The notes under the pieces were generated by a model that saw only the letters and a list, made by a program, of their open reading frames with translations, did not search any database and was not told the origin of the DNA. A stretch of 64,000 nucleotides of DNA, taken from sequence record DRR723986_1312; one strand, given 5' to 3'. Below are positions 56,427 through 64,000 of this stretch, one piece after another. Numbering within the stretch: position 1 is the stretch's first letter; each line of letters begins with the position of its first letter. Both the position numbers and the translations under genes were made by a program.

Positions 56427-57152
56427 CTACTTTTTGCTTTGATCAAATCTCTCTAGGCAATCATCCAAGGGGTTTCCATTGGTATGGACACATTCACAAA
56501 ATTCAAATCCAGCTGCCTCATATTCTTTTCCTACGAACTGGTTTTTGCAGGATTCTAAAGAATTCTGAGGCATCGCTTCATGCCCAAAACGTGAAAACAA
56601 TACGGTGAAAACCATGATTCCAATCACTCCTAAAAAGAACAGAAATGGAAACTTTTTATCGAATTTTTCAGGCTTTAGTACGCTTACTTCCTTCGAATAT
56701 CGATTAAAAGGCAAGATGTATCTCAGCTTGTCGTAATGCCAAGCCAGAATGTAAAGATTGGCCAACACCATTAATGGCGACGTGACATAGGAGCCCACAA
56801 ATCGAACTGCATATGAAAGCACCCAAATATTTACAATAATGGGCAAGTACAATAGTGCTCCCATTAACACTGTGCGAGGAATAAGAAGTAAGATCGCTGC
56901 TAACACCTGTGCCACACCAATGAACGTGTAGTAATACCCCGTGTGATGCAGAGCCTCCAGGTAGGAGCCCATGGGGTGTATGACAGATAAACCGCTGGCA
57001 AATCTTTCGCCAAGGATTTTCACCATGCCCGCAACTATAAATGCATAGGCTAGAAGGATTCTGCAACCGAGTTGAAACAACCAGTGCCATCTATTTCTCT
57101 TTATGCTGAAGTAATAGTTCTCTAATTTTTCAGGTAAACTTGATAATTTCAT
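56427..57152 (-). CDS. DoxX-like membrane protein
   Basis: RILLAYAFIVAGMVK and FIGVAQVLAAILLLIPRT motifs; C-terminal Cys cluster. Confidence 0.75.
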   Translation of the reverse strand: MKLSSLPEKLENYYFSIKRNRWHWLFQLGCRILLAYAFIVAGMVKILGERFASGLSVIHPMGSYLEALHHTGYYYTFIGVAQVLAAILLLIPRTVLMGALLYLPIIVNIWVLSYAVRFVGSYVTSPLMVLANLYILAWHYDKLRYILPFNRYSKEVSVLKPEKFDKKFPFLFFLGVIGIMVFTVLFSRFGHEAMPQNSLESCKNQFVGKEYEAAGFEFCECVHTNGNPLDDCLERFDQSKK

Positions 57153-57191
57153 TTGCTTTCAAATAAAGGTGTCAAACAGATCTATTATGAT

Positions 57192-58523
57192 TTATTTTTT
57201 ATACCAATCGATTTTTCTAGATATAAACATGGTCACTGCAAGTGCTATAAAAAGCCCAATACTTCCAATCAATAAGGCGTAGTCCTGTTGCTTTATGATC
57301 ACAAAAATGAAAAGGTAAAAGGCAGAAAGAATTCCTGTGAAAATCCCTGTGGTTTTGAGTTGGGAAAAGAGGCTTTTGGAATAAAATGCTAGGAGTCCTA
57401 CGGTAGCTAAGCTCGAAATAAGGTATGCTGATGTGAAACCAAATTGCTCTGAAAGTGCTATCAACAGGGTGTAATAGAGGACAAGCGCAAAACCAACCAG
57501 AGTATATTGAAGCGGGTGAATTCTTCTTTTAGTAAAGGTCTCCATGAGGAACAAGGCCAGAAAACTCAAGATAATGATGAGGATTGCATATTTCGAAGTT
57601 CGTATGCTCTGCTGGTATTGATCTACGGGCATTTTGAGGCTTAAGCCAAAGGAACTTTCCAGAAAATTTGGCAGCGTATTGGTGAATTCCTGGCCAAAAG
57701 GTCTATTGAAATGAAGGACCTTCCATGTGCTCTCAAAACCTTCCTTGGTCAATACTCTTTCTTCAGGTAAAAAGTCTCCTTGGAAACTCGGGTTAGGCCA
57801 GTTTCCACTGAGTTTCAAGGTGGTGGTTTTGCCTAAAGGAACGATATGAAACTCCTTGCTTCCTTTCAGCTTTATTTTTCCAGAGAATGTAAAATCATTT
57901 GATGCAGAATCTAGGGAAGCAGGGAATTGAAGACCCTTCAAGTTAGTTTGAGTATCAGTAAATGGTTCTGAAATTAGCGATTTGCTATCAAGTTTTAGGT
58001 CAGGATTTTCACCAATTCCTCTTAGATCACTCACGGAAATTAGAAAGGTGGCTTGATCCCAAAGTACTTGCTCAGTGGTTATATCAAGTTTTCCAAGTGC
58101 AATGGAATTGAAGTTGGCTTTCAGATCTAAATCGCCTCGGTAAACGACCACATCAAAAATGCCTCGATGAAGAGATTCGGCCTGAAGGTCCCCAGTGACG
58201 TCTAAAAGATTAGGTAGAAAATAAGCCGTTTGTAGTTCCTTAATTACCTTGGTTTCACCGTTGCTCTGTACCTCTCGGTACGTATGATAGGGCAGTGCCA
58301 GATAGGGACCAATTACAGTTTGCGCCCGAGACCATTTATCTGTCACTTCATTTTCCGTTTCTTGGAGACGGATTTGCCTTTCGTTAATTAAGTCCGTAAT
58401 CAAGGCTTGAGGAATTAAAAGTAATAAGGCAATGAAGCCTATTACTAAAAGTTTTAAGCTGGTAGAGCGGGAAATCCAATCCTGAAATTTTTCGAGGATA
58501 GAAAGGTTTGATTCTTTTTCCAT
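57192..58523 (-). CDS. creD: Inner membrane protein CreD
   Basis: RGIF, WPNPSFQGDFLP, RTSKYAIL, IHPLQYTLVG, LSEQ, DYALLIGS and RKIDWY motifs. Confidence 0.92.
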   Translation of the reverse strand: MEKESNLSILEKFQDWISRSTSLKLLVIGFIALLLLIPQALITDLINERQIRLQETENEVTDKWSRAQTVIGPYLALPYHTYREVQSNGETKVIKELQTAYFLPNLLDVTGDLQAESLHRGIFDVVVYRGDLDLKANFNSIALGKLDITTEQVLWDQATFLISVSDLRGIGENPDLKLDSKSLISEPFTDTQTNLKGLQFPASLDSASNDFTFSGKIKLKGSKEFHIVPLGKTTTLKLSGNWPNPSFQGDFLPEERVLTKEGFESTWKVLHFNRPFGQEFTNTLPNFLESSFGLSLKMPVDQYQQSIRTSKYAILIIILSFLALFLMETFTKRRIHPLQYTLVGFALVLYYTLLIALSEQFGFTSAYLISSLATVGLLAFYSKSLFSQLKTTGIFTGILSAFYLFIFVIIKQQDYALLIGSIGLFIALAVTMFISRKIDWYKK

Positions 58524-58576
58524 GATTTAGTGAGTTAAAGTGTGAGGTAAATTATAGGTAGGTGTAGAGGGAGATA

Positions 58577-58903
58577 TTAATCCCAAAGCCCAACTAGGTT
58601 GAAGGCGAAAACTGCACTGAGCCATATCCCTACGAAGTAGAGTAGAGTGCTGAAAATGATAGCCGCCAGTTTTCTTCCTCCAGAAGGAAACCAGACAAAT
58701 CCCATGAGGTAGAAGAATAATCCTCCAAACAAACCTCCCAATGGGATAAAGGTGAGGGGGATATACATCCAGGATTCGAAGTCCCCACTCTTGACCAGTA
58801 TAAAAAACATAAGCCAGGAAAATGGGATGCAGGCTCCAATGAGTGCCGCTACTGCAGCTGATTTGGATTGAATGCCTTTCAGAAACTCTATGCTTGTTTT
58901 CAT
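58577..58903 (-). CDS. Small membrane protein (about 3 TM)
   Basis: Hydrophobic ORF with PLGGLFGGLFFYLM; ATG 58903 preferred because the longer start lies inside the operator. Confidence 0.7.
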   Translation of the reverse strand: MKTSIEFLKGIQSKSAAVAALIGACIPFSWLMFFILVKSGDFESWMYIPLTFIPLGGLFGGLFFYLMGFVWFPSGGRKLAAIIFSTLLYFVGIWLSAVFAFNLVGLWD

Positions 58904-58917
58904 TATTTTGTGTTTTG

Positions 58918-58939
58918 AAAGTACTTTGTATTTCAAAGT
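58918..58939. promoter_or_regulatory. Palindromic operator candidate, copy 2
   Basis: AAAGT-ACTTTG-TATTT-CAAAGT. Confidence 0.7.
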
Positions 58940-58955
58940 GAATGTTTAAATTTTT

Positions 58956-59249
58956 TTAGGTTTTGTTTTCTTTGATCAAATTTTCAAGGAATTCAAGATG
59001 GTCTTGGAATGCTGCTTTACCTTTGGCCGTTGCAGAATAATTGGTTAATGGTTTTCTGCCCAGGAATGATTTAGCTACAGAAATGTATTCTTGCTTCTCT
59101 AGGTTTTTCAGGTGCGAAGCCAGGTTGCCATCCGTCACATCTAGCAGCTCTTTGAATGAATTAAAATCAAATTCATCATTGACCATCAAGATGGACATGA
59201 CCCGCAATCGGACCACATTTTCAAATGCCTTATCGTAATTCCCCTTCAC
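58956..59249 (-). CDS. Winged-helix (MarR/ArsR-like) transcriptional regulator
   Basis: RLRVMSIL, LDVTDGNLASHLKNLE and KSFLGRKPLT motifs; GTG start. Confidence 0.9.
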   Translation of the reverse strand: MKGNYDKAFENVVRLRVMSILMVNDEFDFNSFKELLDVTDGNLASHLKNLEKQEYISVAKSFLGRKPLTNYSATAKGKAAFQDHLEFLENLIKENKT

Positions 59250-59250
59250 C

Positions 59251-59865
59251 TTACCTGTCGTATTTGTAATACATCATCGCTCCGTAGATGACATGCAGTA
59301 CTCCAAAACCTAATGACCAGGTGAGCAGGCCAAAACCTGGGAGGAATGCCGAGATAACTCCAAGCACAAGCTGACAATAGCCAAGGTATTTGATGTCGTT
59401 ATGAGTGAAGTGGGAGGCATTCAGCAAACCCAATCCATAAAAGATCAAGGTTGCGGGAGCGACTACAGCGAGATGTCCTCTTGAAATCAAAGCCAAGCAA
59501 AAAACTCCACCAATTGCTATGGGTATAAATAGCGCTTGGATGAAACGTTTGCTTGCTGGAGTCCAGAATTTGGTAGACTTTTTCTTGCTGTTATTTTGAC
59601 TCATCACCCAAGCAGTTCCTATAGATAGTAACAACACGATCAATGCAGTGATTAGCAACTTGCCAACTATCCCTTCATCACTGATCTTGGCTATGTTACT
59701 GCCATAAGGTACTTCTGGATAATAGATCCAGGTATAAGCAATCCCGGCTGCGATCAAAGCGTAGGTCCCTGCCAATATTCCAGAAAGTCCACTGAGGCTA
59801 AGGAAGCGTGTGCTTCGCTCCATCATAGACTTAATTTCGGCTAACTCTTGTTCGGGTTTTCTCAT
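59251..59865 (-). CDS. Multi-TM hypothetical membrane protein
   Basis: IKSMMERSTRFLSLSGLSG...GFGVLHVIYG; about 6 TM; first gene of the creD operon. Confidence 0.8.
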   Translation of the reverse strand: MRKPEQELAEIKSMMERSTRFLSLSGLSGILAGTYALIAAGIAYTWIYYPEVPYGSNIAKISDEGIVGKLLITALIVLLLSIGTAWVMSQNNSKKKSTKFWTPASKRFIQALFIPIAIGGVFCLALISRGHLAVVAPATLIFYGLGLLNASHFTHNDIKYLGYCQLVLGVISAFLPGFGLLTWSLGFGVLHVIYGAMMYYKYDR

Positions 59866-59870
59866 GTTTA

Positions 59871-59892
59871 AAAGTACTTTGAGTCACAAAGT
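59871..59892. promoter_or_regulatory. Palindromic operator candidate, copy 1
   Basis: AAAGT-ACTTTG-AGTCA-CAAAGT, 5 bp upstream of the start codon. Confidence 0.7.
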
Positions 59893-59981
59893 AAAATGAA
59901 AAATTCTAGATTTCATTTTTATATGGAAAAATACTTGAGATTTTTTTGAACACTCTAGATGAATTGCTAGGAAAACATCGT

Positions 59982-60110
59982 GCAGCGGTTTTATACTACG
60001 CTACCCAGCAAAATGCTGAGGCATTTCGAAGAGACTACCGTGCCGGTAGCATTAGCCCTGGAAAGTGGGGAGATCTAATGATAATCAAAGGGAATCCAAT
60101 GGAGAATATT
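59982..60110 (+). pseudogene. Remnant of an amidohydrolase C-terminus
   Basis: ATQQNAEAF...GSISPGKWGDLMIIKGNPMENI matches the amidohydrolase C-terminal AT.N.A...GxIxxGKxADL...NP..DI pattern; no N-terminal part present. Confidence 0.6.
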
Positions 60111-60119
60111 AATCGAACC

Positions 60120-62474
60120 CTACTCCTCATTCTGAAGGGAATTCACAGGATTTGACCAGGCGGTCTTGATCGCATGATATCCGACGGATAGGAGTGTAAG
60201 TCCCAGCATCAGCATGCCAGTGAAAAAGAACAATGTCCAATGTATCTCTGTATGAAAAGTGAAGTTGGATAAGAATTCCCTTATAACATACCAAGCGATA
60301 GGAAAGCCAATCAGTAAGCTGGCAAAGACTAAAATAGCAAAGTCGCTACATAATAATAGAGAAAGACTTTTGGAAGAGGCGCCAAGGACTTTTCTAATTC
60401 CAATTTCTTTGGTTCTTCGTTCTGCTGTGAATGAAGCCAAACCAAAAAGACCCAAACCAGAGATTAAAATTGCAATGATTGTAAAAGAAAGAGCGAGTTT
60501 GCCTATGACTTGTTCATTTTGATATTCTCTTTCAAAAACCTCCTCTAGAAAAGAAAATTCAAAAGGATATTCCGGATTGTATTTTTTAAAAACTCCTTTT
60601 ACTTGGTCAATTAATCCAGCCATGGAAGCTTGATTGGAAACTTTGATGAAATAGTGTGAACCAAGATTTTCAGAAAACATGAAAATCATCGGTTCAATAT
60701 CAAACTTCAGGTTATCGTTATGAAAGTCTTCTGAAACTCCAATGATCTGACCTTTTCCATGCCACATTTCCAATTCAGTACCGACTGCAGTTTCAAGGTC
60801 TAATCCCATCGCTTCTACAGCTTTTTTATTGATGATGTAATTCGAGGCATCTTGAGCACCTAAGAAATTTCTGCCATTACTTATAGGGATGTTTAGGGTA
60901 GGAATAAACGCCTCGTCGCATCGATAAATTTTAAAATTGATGTTTGAATTTTCAGGTTTTCCAGTCCAAACGGGATCATTTGTGGTGATTGGAACGGTAA
61001 AAATGCTGTTCCCACCAAAGGCAATATTTTCGATTCCTGGAAGCTGAAGTAATTCATTTTTTATCCCCTCATAGCTTTTGACAATGCCTTCATTTTGATC
61101 AATGAGGAGGATGTTTTCTTTATTAAATCCAAGATTTCGGTTGCTGATAAAATTTATTTGCTGATAAATAGCAATACTTCCCACGATCAATATGGCCGAA
61201 GTAGAAAATTGGGCAATGACCAGAATTCTTCGCAAAGTCTGTCCTTTTAGAATCGATTTATTATCTCCTTTCAAAACAGAAATAGGTTTGAAGCGGGATA
61301 AAATAAATGCAGGATAGGCCCCAGAAAGAACTCCGGTAATGATGGTAATAGACACTAAACCTAGTAGGAAAATAGGGTTGGTTAGGTCAAGGGCTAGATT
61401 TTTTCCTGTGAGTTGATTAAAAAAGGGAAGGAGCAATTGCACCAAAAGGATCGCTAGAATTAATGCTATCCAAGAGACCAAAATAGATTCAGTAATAAAT
61501 TGAATTACGAGTTCAGATTTATTTGCACCTATAGATTTACGGATTCCTACTTCCCGACCTCTTGAACCTGATCTTGCAGTTGCAAGGTTGATGAAATTGA
61601 TGCATGCCATGATTAGAATCACAATAGCTACAATCCCAAAAAGATAAATTTGTTGAATTCTTCCGCCAATATTCACCCCATTTTCAAATTCTCCATGAAG
61701 TCGAAGCTTATGGTAAGGATAAAGAAATGGCTGGCTAGTGCATTCTGTACAGTTTTTTTGTATCAGATTAGCAATTTTAATAGTAGGGATTTCTGAATTC
61801 TCACTCAGCAAGACTGTCGTTCTCGATCCACCACTTGCCCAGTTTTGCATCCATGGATTCTCTTGTAGATAGAGATCAAAAGGAGCAACGAAATCAAATT
61901 GTAGGGAAGAATTATCAGGGATGTTTTTGAATACACCCGCCACCGTCAATTCCTGATCTTGCCCAAGTAGAATAGTTTTTTCTAATGAGGTTTCATCCTT
62001 GAAAAGCTTTTTCGCCAAGTCTTCAGAAATATACACGCTGTTTAACTTATTCTGAATGTTATCAACGCTGCCTTTTACCAATGGAAAACTAAAGACCCTG
62101 AAAAAATTGGGATCAGCATAAATTCCTATTTCATTAAAGCCCTCAGCTTTATGCTTTACCAATACAGCACTTTCAAAACTGTATTGAGTCGCTAGTTCTA
62201 TTTCAGGAATTTCATTGACAAGAGTTTCTTTCAGTCTGGATGGATTAGCGGGATAGGTATCAATAATTCCATCTGGTCTTTCGCTATTAACCATGACACT
62301 ATAGATTCTATCGCTTTCAATATGAAACTTATCAAACGATAGTTCATCTAGGATCCACAAAAAGATAAAAATGCTTGCTACTATTCCAGATGTTAAGCCA
62401 AGAATATTGATCAAGGTATAGCCCTTCTGTCGTCTCAGATTTCTAAAAGATGTCTTCAGATAATTTTTCCACAT
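60120..62474 (-). CDS. ABC transporter permease (MacB/FtsX duplicated type)
   Basis: MWKNYLKTSFRNL, ACINFINL, EVGIRKSIGA, EIGIRKVLGAS and NPVNSL motifs; ATG 62474 preferred. Confidence 0.93.
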   Translation of the reverse strand: MWKNYLKTSFRNLRRQKGYTLINILGLTSGIVASIFIFLWILDELSFDKFHIESDRIYSVMVNSERPDGIIDTYPANPSRLKETLVNEIPEIELATQYSFESAVLVKHKAEGFNEIGIYADPNFFRVFSFPLVKGSVDNIQNKLNSVYISEDLAKKLFKDETSLEKTILLGQDQELTVAGVFKNIPDNSSLQFDFVAPFDLYLQENPWMQNWASGGSRTTVLLSENSEIPTIKIANLIQKNCTECTSQPFLYPYHKLRLHGEFENGVNIGGRIQQIYLFGIVAIVILIMACINFINLATARSGSRGREVGIRKSIGANKSELVIQFITESILVSWIALILAILLVQLLLPFFNQLTGKNLALDLTNPIFLLGLVSITIITGVLSGAYPAFILSRFKPISVLKGDNKSILKGQTLRRILVIAQFSTSAILIVGSIAIYQQINFISNRNLGFNKENILLIDQNEGIVKSYEGIKNELLQLPGIENIAFGGNSIFTVPITTNDPVWTGKPENSNINFKIYRCDEAFIPTLNIPISNGRNFLGAQDASNYIINKKAVEAMGLDLETAVGTELEMWHGKGQIIGVSEDFHNDNLKFDIEPMIFMFSENLGSHYFIKVSNQASMAGLIDQVKGVFKKYNPEYPFEFSFLEEVFEREYQNEQVIGKLALSFTIIAILISGLGLFGLASFTAERRTKEIGIRKVLGASSKSLSLLLCSDFAILVFASLLIGFPIAWYVIREFLSNFTFHTEIHWTLFFFTGMLMLGLTLLSVGYHAIKTAWSNPVNSLQNEE

Positions 62475-62693
62475 GGTATTCTCAAATTTTGGAGAAACAA
62501 ATCTGTATCTCTTTTTTGCTTCCACACAAAAAACCAAAAGGCATGCCTTCCCTAAACCCGCATAGAGAGCTTGAGAGAAGCTTTTTCAAATTTTGATAAT
62601 AAAATCCGCGGACAATTTTGTTCGGTTTTGGGAAAAACCTAAGATTAAAAAAAAACCTCCGTAAAGGTGGATTTTGTCTAAAGCTTTGATCTA

Positions 62694-63143
62694 CTATTCC
62701 TCTTCAGGAACCGCCATGGTGTGATTTCCAACTAAAAGGCACTGTCCATCTATTTCCATATAGGTTCGCATGAAGTGGTATCGTGTAGGAGTAGGGCCTC
62801 TATCTACTATTGTGAATCCAGTAACAATAGCCACATTTCCTGTAATGGCGACTTTCACGTCACTTTGAACCCTAGATCGTGTGTTGCTCGTTCCATTGGC
62901 AGCTTGAGTTTCTGCTCTCTTTATAGCGGCAGCTTTCGTATCAACCATTGAAGCATGATTGTGCACCCAGACAAAATTCTCTGCAAGTTTACTTTTGAAA
63001 AATTCCGGATCAGGTTTTAAGTTCATCTCTTCCCACTTTGCATCTAAGGCTTTGATGTTAGCTTCCGTCATACAAGTTTGTTGTGCAATGGCTGTAAAAC
63101 TTGCTAGGAGAAATAGGATAAATACTATATAGGATGATTTCAT
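62694..63143 (-). CDS. Secreted NTF2-like/DUF4440 protein
   Basis: Signal peptide; LAENFVWVH, GNVAIVTG and FMRTY pattern. Confidence 0.75.
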   Translation of the reverse strand: MKSSYIVFILFLLASFTAIAQQTCMTEANIKALDAKWEEMNLKPDPEFFKSKLAENFVWVHNHASMVDTKAAAIKRAETQAANGTSNTRSRVQSDVKVAITGNVAIVTGFTIVDRGPTPTRYHFMRTYMEIDGQCLLVGNHTMAVPEEE

Positions 63144-63548
63144 TGTAACTGCGGTGTTTAATATAATTAAGAATTGCTTTAAAGATATTTAGAATTGGAT
63201 GGTTATCTAAACTTGCTTCATCGTTTTGTACGTATTAATTCATTTTATAAGTAATCGACGATTTTTCTAATTTCCTGATTCCTCTCTTATAGGATTATTC
63301 TTAGATCAAAATTGTGATAATGGATAATTAATTTTATATTGAAAGAGGCATTGTTAGTATTTTTAAAATAGGCCTTTCACCAATAATTAACGGTTAGAAA
63401 TCTTTTCTTGAAATGAGCATGAAACCAATTTCTACTTTTAGTTTTTCAAGGGAATTGGTCCAAATAAGCTTGTTTTCACCTTATTTATTTGACTTTCAGG
63501 GCTATGGTTTTTTTAATTATTAAATTAGTTATAGGTTAATAAATCTAT

Positions 63549-64000
63549 ATGCAACAAAACTCAACTACTATTCTGGTTCCTGTAATCGCTGATAAGGTTC
63601 AGGGTTTACTAGACCAATTGGTAGAAATCAAACGGAATTCCAAGGAAGGTATCTCCAAAGAATTTGATGCTTTGTCCATCATACATTATGCTCGATGGGT
63701 CGTGATAGATCATGGGAAGTCTTATATAAATGATGAGAAGAAAAGAAACCCGAAGTTACTTTTTGTGATAGATTACGATGGGGAGGAAGGAGAAATGCTC
63801 CATAAAGTCAGCGAAAATTCCAGTACCATATTGGATTTAGTTTATGTTTTTTGTGAAGGCTATCCACCATTAAATACAGTAAACACAGCCAGTAGGAAAT
63901 CCTTTTTGGCCAGTCATGTGATCAAAGATGCAGCTGTTTACATAGGAGCTCCGGGAAGGTCTGTTTTGCAGATACAAAAGGAAAAAAAGCTTCGGGATTT
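63549..64000 (+). CDS. Uncharacterised 'IHYARW' protein, 3'-truncated by window edge
   Basis: Translated by hand: MQQNSTTILVPV...IIHYARWVVID...LLFVIDYDG...CEGYP...YIGAPGRSVLQIQKE; no stop before 64000. Confidence 0.75.
   Translation, partial: MQQNSTTILVPVIADKVQGLLDQLVEIKRNSKEGISKEFDALSIIHYARWVVIDHGKSYINDEKKRNPKLLFVIDYDGEEGEMLHKVSENSSTILDLVYVFCEGYPPLNTVNTASRKSFLASHVIKDAAVYIGAPGRSVLQIQKEKKLRD

Overview
Bacteroidetes chromosome segment. Several TAnnTTTG promoter elements, a SusC/SusD pair and lipoprotein CAZymes support this; an Algoriphagus/Cyclobacteriaceae-like source is my inference only. Positions 1-29081 are a red-algal galactan (agar/porphyran) utilization locus that runs off the left edge. 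It holds two sulfatases, an uncharacterised secreted DxDD-motif protein, SusC/SusD plus a surface glycan-binding lipoprotein, and a TPR-TM-LuxR regulator. It also holds two GH117s, a GH16 beta-agarase, a four-enzyme 3,6-anhydro-L-galactose catabolic block, a mutarotase, a RhaT-like transporter, and an AraC-linked P450 (CYP236A-like)/ferredoxin/reductase/Zn-ADH/esterase cassette for 6-O-methyl-galactose demethylation. An AraC/SDR/FAD-oxidoreductase trio follows, then tRNA-Ser(GCT), whose 3' end faces the locus. The right half is mostly housekeeping (queA, menC, ppc, valS, fahA). Interspersed accessory items include a HEPN-MNT toxin-antitoxin-like pair, an AAA-DUF4143 ATPase, REP-like repeats, a 500-aa orphan and a 38-aa membrane peptide missing from the ORF track. 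Also present are a creD operon with two copies of a palindromic operator, an amidohydrolase remnant and a truncated 'IHYARW' ORF at the right edge. The main pathways have characterised relatives; what is unexplained lies mainly in the orphan proteins and candidate regulatory motifs. All calls come from motifs read by eye; no database searches were run.
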